A stretch of 64,000 bases of DNA from Gammaproteobacteria bacterium (GTDB lineage Bacteria; Pseudomonadota; Gammaproteobacteria; Enterobacterales; Alteromonadaceae), in the NCBI GenBank assembly GCA_018222985.1, contig JAAEZG010000010.1, positions 16,822-80,821 of the forward strand, given 5' to 3'. The position numbers and the translations under genes were made by a program. Shown here one piece after another: positions 45,076 through 56,634 of this stretch (its first letter is position 1; the number at the start of each line of letters is the position of its first letter). The notes beneath the pieces are model-generated. The model worked only from the letters and a program-made list of their open reading frames with translations, made no database searches and had not been told where the DNA came from.

Positions 45076-45426
45076 GTCTGCAAGCTCAGTTGGTTTCACC
45101 GGTTTGTGTAAGCGTTTGTTGATACCTGCGGCAGAACATCGCTCGGCAAAGTCATCATCTTGATGGCCTGTCACCATCGCTGCCAACGGCATGGCATCAC
45201 CGAGTTTTTCACTAAGCCGACAATAAACCTCGATGCCGTCAATGTCTGGCAGTTCGTGGTCGAGCAAAATCAAACGAGGTTGCTCGGCTAACGCTAAATC
45301 GATGGCTTCTTGCCCCGATTGGGCGGTTAATATTTCGACGGGGTATTGGCCGACCATGGCTTTTAACACTTCAAGTGAAATAAAGTCGTCATCGACAATT
45401 AATACTTTATTCGCTGAGTTGCTCAT
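45046..45426 (-). CDS. Single-domain response regulator
   Basis: VLIVDDD, ILLDHELPDIDG, MVTGH, HKP. Confidence 0.9.
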   Translation of the reverse strand: MSNSANKVLIVDDDFISLEVLKAMVGQYPVEILTAQSGQEAIDLALAEQPRLILLDHELPDIDGIEVYCRLSEKLGDAMPLAAMVTGHQDDDFAERCSAAGINKRLHKPVKPTELADLLRVASGVE

Positions 45427-45490
45427 TTTACTGTCCTATACTTCACTTTAGGTGAATGATGGAGACTATTGAACAGAAGGAAGCGGCAAA

Positions 45491-46123
45491 ATGCAACGGG
45501 TAAAAATTTGGGATAGTTTTGTTCGTATCAGCCATTGGCTAATGGTTTTGCTAGTGGTGGCTATGTGGTTTACCGCCGAAGAAGGTTATATGGAGTGGCA
45601 TTTGCGTTTAGCTGCGGTGCTTGGCGCGTTAGTGATCACTCGAATTCTATGGGGCTTTTTCGGCAGTGATTCAGCGCGGTTTTCAAAGTTTCTAAAAGGC
45701 CCTGCTGCCGTAGTCAGCCATGTTAGAGAGTTCAGACAAGGTCATTACCAGCCTTCTAATACGCACAATGCAGCTGGCGGCTGGGCGGCAGTATTATTGC
45801 TGCTATTGCTAGCCCTGCAGTTTACTTCTGGGCTATTTGCAACCGACGAAATTTTTCACTCCGGCCCGTTAGCTAGCTTAGTCAGTAGTGGTTTTAGCGA
45901 AGCAGCCACAGAGTTTCACGAAACAGTGTTTAACGTTTTGGTGGCGCTGGTGGTGGTGCACGTGGTGGCGATTATTCTATACCGTATAAAAGGTATCAAC
46001 CTTATTGCGGCTATGCTGCATGGCTATCGCGAAAACGTTGCGGCTCCGCGGTTAGTGTCAGGAATTATCGGTATTATTGCGGCAGCTGTGATTGCTGCCG
46101 CACTCTTTGCTTGGATTAATTAG
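45491..46123 (+). CDS. Cytochrome b (hydrogenase b-type / b561-like)
   Basis: Four TM segments with conserved His (RISHW, WHLR, FHET, VHVV). Confidence 0.9.
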   Translation: MQRVKIWDSFVRISHWLMVLLVVAMWFTAEEGYMEWHLRLAAVLGALVITRILWGFFGSDSARFSKFLKGPAAVVSHVREFRQGHYQPSNTHNAAGGWAAVLLLLLLALQFTSGLFATDEIFHSGPLASLVSSGFSEAATEFHETVFNVLVALVVVHVVAIILYRIKGINLIAAMLHGYRENVAAPRLVSGIIGIIAAAVIAAALFAWIN

Positions 46124-46126
46124 CTA

Positions 46127-46597
46127 TCAGTCTTTGTATTGGTCGTGGCAGCCTTTGCAGTTGCGTGCCGCGGCCATGAACGCTTGACGAATATTGCTTT
46201 CGTCGCCCGTTGCTGCCGCTGTTTGTAATGCTTTGGCGTCAGTTTGTAATTGCTCGGCACGTTCGACAAAATCTTCCCAGTTGTCCCAAATGGCAGGCAA
46301 CGCGTCGGTATTGTTACCGGGTTGAGCGCCTGGCTGGCTGAAGCCCACCCACGGAATGGCCGTTAGGGCGGCAAAGTCGTTAGCGCGCTCGGCAAAAATA
46401 ACACCATCAAATTCAATATCGCCTTTAACCATGTCACCCATAACAGCAAAGTTATTTTGCATAATAGATAACGCCTTTTGACGATACTCCACGGCTTTGT
46501 CTGCGTTGTTAAACGCGTGCTGTGCAGTAGCAGAAAGTGACATCGTTAATAGTGTCGCCGTAACTAGCCCTATTCCTAATTGTGCTGCAAATTTCAT
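46127..46597 (-). CDS. Cytochrome c' (class II cytochrome c)
   Basis: Signal peptide; YRQKAL; AIWDNWEDF; C-terminal CKGCH. Confidence 0.95.
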   Translation of the reverse strand: MKFAAQLGIGLVTATLLTMSLSATAQHAFNNADKAVEYRQKALSIMQNNFAVMGDMVKGDIEFDGVIFAERANDFAALTAIPWVGFSQPGAQPGNNTDALPAIWDNWEDFVERAEQLQTDAKALQTAAATGDESNIRQAFMAAARNCKGCHDQYKD

Positions 46598-46722
46598 CGG
46601 TAGCCTCTTTTGTGTTGTTTAACGACTGCAATACGCTTTTCATCCCTAAACGGATTGCGCCGCATGGTGATTCCCCAGTACTGTAAGCATGATAAACAAA
46701 AAATCCATGAAAGGGGAACCAG

Positions 46723-49700
46723 ATGAACGGGACGAAACACCTCAGTAAGCTGACATTGGCTGTTTGTGCCGCGTTGCCGCTAGTTGCAGCTGCCTCACAA
46801 ACCACGCCTGTGCGCGGCTTGCATGACAACTCTTCTACTTATGTTGCGCTACAAAACGCAACAATTTATACCGAGCCAGGTAAAAGACTCGAAAATGCGA
46901 CACTGGTTATTCGTAACGGTAAAGTTGTCAGTGTTGCGAAGAATAACCGTGCACCAGAAGGCGCGCGTGTGATTGATGTTAGCGGGCATACTATTTACCC
47001 AGGTTTCATTGACGCCTACAGCAACTATGGTGTGCCTGAGGCTGATAAACCTGAACGTGCGCCTTACCGCAGTGCGACGCCTCAATACAATAACAAACGC
47101 GAAGGCGGCAATGCTTCCAATGACGCTATTCACTCGCAGTTAGACTGGGTGGATAAGTTCGCAACCAACTCGAAAGCGGCGAAAGATTATATTGAGCAAG
47201 GCTTTACAGCCGTGCAAAGCGCACGTATTGACGGCATCTTTCAAGGTCAGGCGGTGACTGTTTCATTAGCCGACACCATTGCCAATAACGCTGTGTATAA
47301 CCCACGTGCACGCCATTTCGGTTCTTTTGACAAAGGCTCTTCATTGCAGCAATACCCGTCGTCATTAATGGGCTCCATTGCGCTGATTCGTCAAACGCTC
47401 GCCGACGCAAATTGGTACGAACAAGCCTACGGCAAAGACGCTTACAATGGGCCGGTCGAGTACAACGCGGCTTTGGCTGAGTTAGCGAATATTGAACAAG
47501 AAGGCATGATCTTTAAGGTGAGTGACGATAAGTCGTTGTTGCGCGCCCACGATGTTTTTAGTGGTTTTAAGGTGCCTGTAACCTATGTTGGCTCTGGTTA
47601 TGAATATGCGCGCCTAGATTCAATAAAAAACACCAACGCTTCAGTTATTCTGCCGCTTGATTTCCCCGCTGCGCCAGAAGTGAAAGGTGTTGATGACCAC
47701 TTAGATGTTAGCTTGGCCGACTTGCGACACTGGGAGCGTGCTCCTGGTAATGCTGCAGCGCTGGCACAAGCCGATATCGATTTTTCATTCACATTACATC
47801 AACTTAAAAAAGCCGATGACTTTTGGCCAAATTTGCGCCGTGCAGTTCAACATGGTTTAAGCACCGAGAAAGCGTTGGCGGCATTAACCACGGTACCTGC
47901 AAAAATTGCCGGCGTTAGTGACAAAGCCGGTAAGTTAGCCCCTGGCTATATGGCTGACTTTGTTATTGCGGACGGTGATTTGTTTACTCAGGGCGAAATT
48001 AAATCGGTTTGGCTGCAAGGCAGCGAAGTGGAATTCGCTCCAATGCATCAAGCCAACTTTGGTGGCGAGCTGGCGTTAAACATCGCTAATCAACAAGCCC
48101 AATTAAAGCTAAACGATGGCAAGCGTGTATCAGGCTCATTGTCAGTAAACGATGAAGATAGCAAGTTGCGCGACGCTAAACGTGATGAATCCACCCTTGA
48201 GTTTGTGGTTGACGCTGAGTTTGCTGGCCTTCAAGGGGCTTGGCGTATGCGTTTAGAGCAAGTTGCCGAAGATCAGTTTGCTGGTGTGGCCATTGCGCCA
48301 GACGGCCGTGAATTACCGTTGCAAGCACAACGCACGAAGGCTGCGGAAGCCGACAGTGCGGCGAATAACGAGAAAGCGGTTGAGTACGTGAGCCGCTTGA
48401 CATTCCCGAACGTGGCCTATGGCTTAGATGGGCTGCCAGAGCGTCAAGACATTCATATTAAAAATGCCACGGTTTGGACCGCTGACGAAGCCGGCGTACT
48501 GGAAAATACCGACGTATTGATTCGTGATGGCGAGTTTTACCGAATTGGTAAAGACTTAAGCACGCCTCGTGGTTACACGGTCATTGATGGTACGGGTAAA
48601 CACATTACGCCTGGTATTATTGATGAGCATTCGCATATTGCGGTAGATGGTGGTGTGAACGAAGGTTCGGAAGCCATTACTGCAGAAGTTCGCATTGGCG
48701 ACGTTGTGAACTCGGACGATATTCACATTTATCGTTCATTAGCCGGTGGGACAACCATGGCGCAATTGCTGCATGGTTCAGCGAACCCAATTGGCGGCCA
48801 AGCGCAGGTTATTAAGCTGCGTTGGGGTGCTGATGCCAACACCTTGAAGTTTGATGCGGCACCACCGAGCATTAAATTTGCGTTAGGCGAAAACGTCAAG
48901 CAAAGCAACTGGGGAACACAATACACCGTGCGTTACCCACAAACGCGTATGGGCGTTGAAGCGGTTATGCGTGATGGCTTTATTGCCGCTCGTGAGTACA
49001 AACAACGGGTTGATGCATATAACAAGTTAAGCCGTAGCGAAAAAGCTAAAACAGCGCCGCCGCGCACTGATTATCGCTTGGATACGTTGTTGGAAATTCT
49101 CAACAGCGAACGATTTGTGCATGCGCATTCTTATGTGCAGTCTGAAATCTTGATGCTGATTCGTTTGGCTGAAGAGTTCGATTTCACGTTAACCACCTTT
49201 ACGCACATTCTTGAAGGGTACAAAGTAGCCTCAGAAATGGCGAAGCATGGCGCAGGTGGCTCAACCTTCGCTGACTGGTGGGCATACAAGTTTGAGGTGT
49301 ATGACTCCATTCCGCAAAACGCTTGTTTAATGGCGAATAAAGGCGTGCTAACCAGTATTAACTCGGACAGTAATGACTTACAGCGCCGTTTAAATACTGA
49401 AGCGGCTAAATCAGTGACCTATTGTGGTATGTCGGAGCACGAAGCCCTGCAAATGGTAACTTTAAACCCTGCGAAGCAACTTAAAGTAGACCAATATGTG
49501 GGTAGCATTACAGCCGGTAAGCATGCTGACTTTGTGGTGTGGAACGGTCACCCTCTGAGTGCGTATTCGCACCCTGAGCAAACTTGGATTAATGCGCGTA
49601 AGTACTTTGATCGTGAGCGCGATCAGAAGTTACGTGCCGCATTAGAAGCTGAAAAGCAAAACTTAGTGCAAAAAGTGTTAGCTAGCCCAGCAAGTGAGCG

Positions 49701-49815
49701 CAATGGCAACGGTAACGGTTACAAAAAACCGCAGCCAACTTGGCATTGTGAAGACAACCTTGACGTGTGGAGTGACCAATTTACTCTGCATGGCGAACAC
49801 CTGCATACACACTAA
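46723..49815 (+). CDS. Secreted two-domain amidohydrolase-family protein
   Basis: Signal peptide; domain 1 PGFIDAYSN; domain 2 PGIIDEHSH; GKHADFVVW. Confidence 0.92.
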   Translation: MNGTKHLSKLTLAVCAALPLVAAASQTTPVRGLHDNSSTYVALQNATIYTEPGKRLENATLVIRNGKVVSVAKNNRAPEGARVIDVSGHTIYPGFIDAYSNYGVPEADKPERAPYRSATPQYNNKREGGNASNDAIHSQLDWVDKFATNSKAAKDYIEQGFTAVQSARIDGIFQGQAVTVSLADTIANNAVYNPRARHFGSFDKGSSLQQYPSSLMGSIALIRQTLADANWYEQAYGKDAYNGPVEYNAALAELANIEQEGMIFKVSDDKSLLRAHDVFSGFKVPVTYVGSGYEYARLDSIKNTNASVILPLDFPAAPEVKGVDDHLDVSLADLRHWERAPGNAAALAQADIDFSFTLHQLKKADDFWPNLRRAVQHGLSTEKALAALTTVPAKIAGVSDKAGKLAPGYMADFVIADGDLFTQGEIKSVWLQGSEVEFAPMHQANFGGELALNIANQQAQLKLNDGKRVSGSLSVNDEDSKLRDAKRDESTLEFVVDAEFAGLQGAWRMRLEQVAEDQFAGVAIAPDGRELPLQAQRTKAAEADSAANNEKAVEYVSRLTFPNVAYGLDGLPERQDIHIKNATVWTADEAGVLENTDVLIRDGEFYRIGKDLSTPRGYTVIDGTGKHITPGIIDEHSHIAVDGGVNEGSEAITAEVRIGDVVNSDDIHIYRSLAGGTTMAQLLHGSANPIGGQAQVIKLRWGADANTLKFDAAPPSIKFALGENVKQSNWGTQYTVRYPQTRMGVEAVMRDGFIAAREYKQRVDAYNKLSRSEKAKTAPPRTDYRLDTLLEILNSERFVHAHSYVQSEILMLIRLAEEFDFTLTTFTHILEGYKVASEMAKHGAGGSTFADWWAYKFEVYDSIPQNACLMANKGVLTSINSDSNDLQRRLNTEAAKSVTYCGMSEHEALQMVTLNPAKQLKVDQYVGSITAGKHADFVVWNGHPLSAYSHPEQTWINARKYFDRERDQKLRAALEAEKQNLVQKVLASPASERNGNGNGYKKPQPTWHCEDNLDVWSDQFTLHGEHLHTH

Positions 49816-49826
49816 GGAGAGCAGCT

Positions 49827-51113
49827 ATGAAAAAGTTACTTACCACCGTTGCCGCTGCCAGTTTAAGTGTGGCCGCTGCAGCCAATGATATGGTTCCTGG
49901 TGAACCGCAATCGCAACCGATATTGCTGCAAGGTGGCACCTTGCACACGGTAACCCAGGGCGTACAAGCCAACACGGATATTTTGTTTGAAAATGGCAAA
50001 ATTACCGCCATGGGCGAAAACTTAAGTGCGCCAGAAAACGCGCGGGTTATTGATGTGAGCAACAAGCATGTGTATCCGGGCTTAATTGCTTTAGATACCA
50101 CGCTTGGCCTCATTGAAATTGAGGCTGTTCGCGCCACCAATGACACCCGCGAAATTGGCAGTGTTACGCCAGAGGTGAGTGGTCACACCGCTTACAACCC
50201 AGACTCTGAAGTGATTCCTACCATTCGTTATAACGGGATTACTCATGCTGAAATTGTGCCGCAGCGCAATTTGATTGCTGGCCGCTCAAGTTTGTTACAA
50301 ACCGACGGTTGGACATTTGAAGATGCGGCTGAAGCCTTAAACGTTGGGGTTCACGTGAACTGGCCGCGGGCAGGCTTAAACACAGCATGGTGGGAGCGTC
50401 GCTCTGCTGATGAGCAGCGCAAAGCGAATGCTGAAGCTTTAAAGCAACTTAAGAAAGCTTTTGTTGATGCGCGCGCCTATTTCGATGCTAAGCAAGCGGG
50501 CAAGCTCAATGGTACCGACGTGCGCTGGGAAGCCATGACGGGGCTGTTTGGCGGCTCGAGCAAGCTGTTTGTGCATGCTCACGATAAACGTCAATTAGAA
50601 CAAGCTCTCGACTTTGCGAAAGAGCAAGGCTTTGAGCTAGTGCTTGTGGGCGCACGAGATGCTTGGCGCATTGCCGATAAGCTTGCGGCTGAAGGCATCA
50701 CGGTCGTGTATGGCGAACCGTACGGCTTACCAACCCGTCATGACGAGGCTTATGATCAAGCTTACGCAACTCCGGCAGCCCTAGCTGCTGCAGGTGTTAA
50801 CTTTGCCATTGCCTACTCAACTGGCTACTGGGATATTCGCAACCTTGCTTTCGCTGCAGGTAACGCGGTGTCTTACGGCTTGTCGAAAGAGCAAGCGCTG
50901 GCAGCCATTACCATTAAGCCTGCTGAAGTTATGGGCGTTGCGGATAAAATTGGCTCGTTGGAAGTGGGTAAGCAAGCATCGTTGTTTGTTTCTGAAGGCG
51001 ATGTTATGGACCACTTAGGGCAACAAGTGCAGTTGATGTTTATTGACGGTGCAGAAGTTGACCTTAACAATCGTCATAATCAGCTTTATCAAAAATATCG
51101 TCAAAAACCTTAA
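49827..51113 (+). CDS. Secreted amidohydrolase-family protein
   Basis: Signal peptide; VYPGLIA; GSLEVGKQASLF. Confidence 0.9.
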   Translation: MKKLLTTVAAASLSVAAAANDMVPGEPQSQPILLQGGTLHTVTQGVQANTDILFENGKITAMGENLSAPENARVIDVSNKHVYPGLIALDTTLGLIEIEAVRATNDTREIGSVTPEVSGHTAYNPDSEVIPTIRYNGITHAEIVPQRNLIAGRSSLLQTDGWTFEDAAEALNVGVHVNWPRAGLNTAWWERRSADEQRKANAEALKQLKKAFVDARAYFDAKQAGKLNGTDVRWEAMTGLFGGSSKLFVHAHDKRQLEQALDFAKEQGFELVLVGARDAWRIADKLAAEGITVVYGEPYGLPTRHDEAYDQAYATPAALAAAGVNFAIAYSTGYWDIRNLAFAAGNAVSYGLSKEQALAAITIKPAEVMGVADKIGSLEVGKQASLFVSEGDVMDHLGQQVQLMFIDGAEVDLNNRHNQLYQKYRQKP

Positions 51114-51140
51114 TTTGATGCTTATGTTTAAAGCGATAGC

Positions 51141-51169
51141 AAAAAGCCGGATACTTATCCGGCTTTTTT
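51141..51169 (+). terminator. Terminator after the amidohydrolase pair
   Basis: AAAAAGCCGGAT-ACTT-ATCCGGC followed by a T run. Confidence 0.92.
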
Positions 51170-51261
51170 ATTGTTTTTTCGTGCAGAATCAAAAGTAACT
51201 ATTGTGTTAAGGCGCTGCAGTTGGCAGTATTTGACTAGAGCGTTTTAACGAGGACAAACAC

Positions 51262-51567
51262 ATGCCATTACATCGCCAATTTGCCAACGACGGCAAAGAG
51301 CTCATTATCGCAATAAAAGGGAAGTTTGATTTTGGGTTAGTACAGGAGTTTCGCCAAGCCTATGGCGACGTAGGTGATCAGCAGCCCACAGTGTTTATCG
51401 ATTTACGCGAAACCGAATACTTAGATAGCTCTGCCCTTGGTATGTTGCTTAATATGCGCAAATCATTAGGAAAAACTGTCAAAGCAATTCACATTATTAA
51501 TTGTCGTCCAGAAGTTCGTAGCATTCTCGATATTTCGCGATTCGATAAATTATTTGTTATTGAATAA
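51262..51567 (+). CDS. STAS-domain anti-sigma factor antagonist
   Basis: DLRETEYLDSSALGMLL with the phosphoacceptor Ser motif. Confidence 0.93.
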   Translation: MPLHRQFANDGKELIIAIKGKFDFGLVQEFRQAYGDVGDQQPTVFIDLRETEYLDSSALGMLLNMRKSLGKTVKAIHIINCRPEVRSILDISRFDKLFVIE

Positions 51568-51572
51568 CGTGG

Positions 51573-53240
51573 TTGTTGATGGACATTTATATTGAGCCTC
51601 CCATCGATAAAGCGCCAACTTGGGTTATTAGTGATGACTCAAGCTTTGCACAAAACGTTGCTGATAAATTACAGCAGTTAGGGCTCAATCATCTCAAATT
51701 TGTATCCTTAAAAAATTCCAATGCGGCTGCTGTTCGGCCGCCAATAGTTTGGCTGATCTCTGCTGCAAACCTTGTTGATATTAGGGTTGCCGAACAACTT
51801 GCTAGCGACAGCGCTACGGGGCTTTTAATTACAGAAGCACAGGCTAAAACCGAAACTTGGCAGCCTTTTGCAAACAAAGTGGTCAACGACGTGTTGTTGT
51901 GGCCTGAGCCGCTAGGCTTGGTGCGTATGCGCATTGAGTTATTACGGCGGCTTTATGAAGTCGATAGCCAAGTTGACGCTATGCGACGCTCGCTAGCCTG
52001 GCACAAGGCACGGGTGGAGCGTGAGCATCAATTGGTTGAGCACATCTTTCAAAATGCACTCAGCCGAAATTATCTTGATTATGAATTTGTCCGAACCTAC
52101 CTAACACCGGTATCAAAATTTAACGGTGACTTGTGCTTAATATCGCCTGGGCCACTTGGCAATATTTACATGCTAATGGCCGACTTTACTGGCCATGGGC
52201 TTGCACCAGCAACCGGCGCATTGCCGCTGTCTCAAGCGTTTTTTGCTATGGCGGACCGCGGTGTGTCGGTTGCCGAAATGGTCACAGAATTTAACTATCG
52301 CATGAACCGCTTGCTGCCCAACGACATGTTTTGTGCAGCCATTCTGCTAGAGCTTTCAGCCAATGGTGAACGGGTTACGTACTGGAACGGAGGCATGCCG
52401 CCAGCTTTACTGTTTAACGATGCCGGTGAAATTCTAAAACGCCTAAACCCTAGTCATATGGCGCTAGGTGTGGTGGACGACGAGGAATTTGATAGTCGGG
52501 TCACGACTTTTAGAGCACCAAAAGATAGCTCGATTGCGCTGTTTACGGACGGGGTTACCGAGCTGCTGGGCCATCAGCATCAGTTTTTAGGCTCAGAAGC
52601 CCTTGAAGTTTTGCTAAGTAAACACCCAAAGGCCGATGAATTTCCGAAAATTGTTGAAGCACTTGAAGGATTTCGCGGCGAAACACCGCTGCATGATGAT
52701 TTGTCATTAGCCATACTGCAGTGTCATCCAACTGGACTAGGGGCGGTGCAACCAGAGGCTGATATTTATGGCTTGCCGTTTGAAATGAAAGTGGAATTAA
52801 CCCCTGAACATCTGAAAACGGTTGACCCAGTAAGCCACATACTTGCTGCGCTAAGTCAGCTACCTTTTCTGCGCCGGCACCGTACGACTATTTATTTGTT
52901 TTTGGCCGAGGCATTCAACAATGCCCTAGAGCACGGGTTGCTTGGCCTAGACTCGTCATTAAAACAAGATGTGGAAGGCTTTGCCCAATACTACCAATTA
53001 CGCCATGAGCGCCTTGCTGAACTTAATCAAGGGCAGATTACCATTCGTATTGCTTTTGCAACTGAACAGCGGCAACTTCAGGTGAGCGTAGCCGACAGCG
53101 GTCATGGATTTGCAGCAACCACAAACAAGCATGATTTAACCAAAAGCTATGGCCGCGGTTTAGATTTGCTACGACAAATGACAAGTGACTTGCGTTGGGA
53201 TCAAACCAACCGCGAAGTGTCGTTTAATTATCGCCTTTAG
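51573..53240 (+). CDS. Degenerate REC + PP2C (SpoIIE) + HATPase Ser-kinase fusion
   Basis: GDL, ADFTGHG, WNGGMPP, FTDGVTE, HDDLS; EAFNNALEHG, DSGHGF, YGRGL. Confidence 0.92.
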   Translation: MLMDIYIEPPIDKAPTWVISDDSSFAQNVADKLQQLGLNHLKFVSLKNSNAAAVRPPIVWLISAANLVDIRVAEQLASDSATGLLITEAQAKTETWQPFANKVVNDVLLWPEPLGLVRMRIELLRRLYEVDSQVDAMRRSLAWHKARVEREHQLVEHIFQNALSRNYLDYEFVRTYLTPVSKFNGDLCLISPGPLGNIYMLMADFTGHGLAPATGALPLSQAFFAMADRGVSVAEMVTEFNYRMNRLLPNDMFCAAILLELSANGERVTYWNGGMPPALLFNDAGEILKRLNPSHMALGVVDDEEFDSRVTTFRAPKDSSIALFTDGVTELLGHQHQFLGSEALEVLLSKHPKADEFPKIVEALEGFRGETPLHDDLSLAILQCHPTGLGAVQPEADIYGLPFEMKVELTPEHLKTVDPVSHILAALSQLPFLRRHRTTIYLFLAEAFNNALEHGLLGLDSSLKQDVEGFAQYYQLRHERLAELNQGQITIRIAFATEQRQLQVSVADSGHGFAATTNKHDLTKSYGRGLDLLRQMTSDLRWDQTNREVSFNYRL

Positions 53241-53581
53241 CCGCCCGCTAGTTTGACCTTGAAGCCGCGTTGCTCAAGCCACTGTTTTGCCTGCTGCCGC
53301 TGATCGCCTTGTAATTCAATTGTTTCGCCTTTGACCGCGCCACCAACCCCACAAACTTTGCGCAATGCAGAGGCGTAGTCACGCAACAAGCTAGCATTGT
53401 GCGGCAAATCAAGAATAACAGTCACGCCTTTGCCTTTGCGCCCTTTGGTTTGTCGTTGAATACGAACCGGCACTGACGTGTCTGGTTGTAGGGCTTGTTC
53501 AGCGTTCTCATTAGCGGTTTCTGGTGCGTCGGCTGAGGCTGAAAAGCCTAAGTTTTTCAATTGATCTTGTAAGCTGCTCAC
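53237..53581 (-). CDS. yciH: SUI1-family translation factor
   Basis: KGRKGKGVT, CGVGGAVK, IELQGD, VKLAGG. Confidence 0.93.
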   Translation of the reverse strand: MSSLQDQLKNLGFSASADAPETANENAEQALQPDTSVPVRIQRQTKGRKGKGVTVILDLPHNASLLRDYASALRKVCGVGGAVKGETIELQGDQRQQAKQWLEQRGFKVKLAGG

Positions 53582-53616
53582 TATTTCCTCAAATTCGTCT
53601 TGGAATAAATAGTTAA

Positions 53617-54636
<1,020 letters not shown>

Positions 54637-54646
54637 GCGGGCCGTG

Positions 54647-56020
54647 TTAACACTCAATAATGTTCACGGCTAAGCCGCCACGTGCGGTTTCTTTGTACTT
54701 GGTTTTCATATCGTTGCCAGTGTCCCACATGGTTTTAATAACCTTATCTAGGGAAACTTTGTGGTCGCCGCTGCCGCGCAGCGCAAGTCGTGCGGCATTA
54801 ATGGCTTTAATCGAGCCCATGGCGTTACGTTCAATACAAGGTACCTGAACTAAGCCACCCACAGGGTCACAGGTTAATCCTAAGTTGTGCTCCATGCCAA
54901 TTTCAGCAGCACACTCAACCGAGCTAACATTGCCCCCCATAAGCTCAGCTAATGCACCTGCGGCCATCGAGCAGGCCACGCCAACTTCACCTTGGCAACC
55001 AACTTCAGCGCCGGAAATAGAAGCGTTTTTCTTGTACAAAATACCGATGGCAGCAGAAGTTAATAAGAATCGCACCACGGTTTCTTCATCCAGCGGGGCA
55101 ATGAATTTATCCGCGTATTTCATGACCGCAGGAATGATCCCCGCAGCACCATTAGTGGGTGCAGTAACCACACGTCCGCCGGCGGCGTTTTCTTCGTTCA
55201 CGGCTAACGCGAACAAATCAACCCAGTCCATGGTTTGCATGGGATCGGACGATTTTTCATTTTTCAGGCGTTGATATAAACCCGGTGCTCGACGACGAAC
55301 CTTCAAGCCACCCGGCAAGATACCTTCGGTGCGAATACCGCGGTCAATGCACTCATCCATGGTTTTCCAAATATGCATCAGACCGCTGCGGATGTCCGCT
55401 TCACTGCGAAATACTTTTTCGTTGGCCAGCATTAATGAGCTGATACGCAAACCGTGTTCATGGCAATGCTTTAGCAATTCATCGCAGCTATCGAACGGAT
55501 AAGGAATTGGTTTGCTTGATTGTTCGATGGCTTCTTCAAGGCTGTCGTCAAAATCTGCATCGCGAACAATAAAGCCACCACCAATGGAATAATAGAGGTC
55601 TTTGTAGATGACTTCGTCGCCTTTATACAGTCTTAGCTCCATGGCATTGGCGTGTCGCGGCATGGTTTTACGGCGATGAAATACAATGGCGCCTTCGCGT
55701 GGGAATTTGATCGGGTGTGTACCTAACAGCGCTAAAGTTTGGCTTTCGTCGGTGTTCTTTAAAAAGCCATCAACCGTGGTGGTATCCACCGTTTCAGGTT
55801 GTTCACCGGCCAGGCCTAAAATAACTGCTTTGCCAGTGCCGTGCCCCTTACCGGTTTGGCCTAATGAACCGAATAGTTCAACCACAATACCGTCGGCATT
55901 GGTTAAACCAACGGCCTTATCAGCCGCGTGCAAAAATTCATAGGCAGCGCGCATAGGGCCCACGGTATGTGAGCTCGAAGGACCGATTCCGACTTTGTAG
56001 ATATCAAACACACTAATCAT
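54647..56020 (-). CDS. sdaA: L-serine ammonia-lyase (Fe-S)
   Basis: [42 protein letters not shown]. Confidence 0.97.
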   Translation of the reverse strand: MISVFDIYKVGIGPSSSHTVGPMRAAYEFLHAADKAVGLTNADGIVVELFGSLGQTGKGHGTGKAVILGLAGEQPETVDTTTVDGFLKNTDESQTLALLGTHPIKFPREGAIVFHRRKTMPRHANAMELRLYKGDEVIYKDLYYSIGGGFIVRDADFDDSLEEAIEQSSKPIPYPFDSCDELLKHCHEHGLRISSLMLANEKVFRSEADIRSGLMHIWKTMDECIDRGIRTEGILPGGLKVRRRAPGLYQRLKNEKSSDPMQTMDWVDLFALAVNEENAAGGRVVTAPTNGAAGIIPAVMKYADKFIAPLDEETVVRFLLTSAAIGILYKKNASISGAEVGCQGEVGVACSMAAGALAELMGGNVSSVECAAEIGMEHNLGLTCDPVGGLVQVPCIERNAMGSIKAINAARLALRGSGDHKVSLDKVIKTMWDTGNDMKTKYKETARGGLAVNIIEC

Positions 56021-56037
56021 AAAGTTTTCTAATTCCG

Positions 56038-56634
56038 TTAGTCATTAAGTGGACGATACATAAATTGCCGCTCAGGATACACGTGATCGGCTAGCTCACG
56101 CAAAATTCCAGCGGTTGCCCCCCAAATATTTCGTTGTTGGTAGGGAATGAAGTATACCTGATCATAAATAAAACGCCGTAGCCGATACACATAATGCTGG
56201 TGTTGATGCAGTACTTCACGCAGCGGTACGGTAAAAATTTCGGCAACTTCTCGTGCTTCGCGCACAAATGGTTGGTTAGGTTTAGCAAAAACCACAAATG
56301 GCCGAATTAAAAAGTTACTAATAACAGGATAATCTTGCAGCTGTCCAAGTAGCGTCACTGCGCTTGGTTCAAGGCCTATTTCTTCGTGCGCCTCGCGTAG
56401 TGCGGTGGCATATAGATCTTTGTCTTGCGGCTCTTGTCGGCCCCCAGGAAAGCTAATTTGTCCGGCATGATGACGCAACTGCGCACTACGCTGAGTTAAC
56501 ACCACGTGCAGTTCGCCATGTTGCTCAAGCAATACTACGAGTACAGCAGCGGGACGTAAGCGCTTGAGTAAAGGCCGCTTTAGCTTCGGGGCTGGGTTTA
56601 GCTGAAACCGATGTAAAAACTCGTCGCGGGTCAT
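56038..56634 (-). CDS. nudL: CoA pyrophosphatase (Nudix)
   Basis: [26 protein letters not shown]; lies between pabB and sdaA. Confidence 0.92.
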   Translation of the reverse strand: MTRDEFLHRFQLNPAPKLKRPLLKRLRPAAVLVVLLEQHGELHVVLTQRSAQLRHHAGQISFPGGRQEPQDKDLYATALREAHEEIGLEPSAVTLLGQLQDYPVISNFLIRPFVVFAKPNQPFVREAREVAEIFTVPLREVLHQHQHYVYRLRRFIYDQVYFIPYQQRNIWGATAGILRELADHVYPERQFMYRPLND

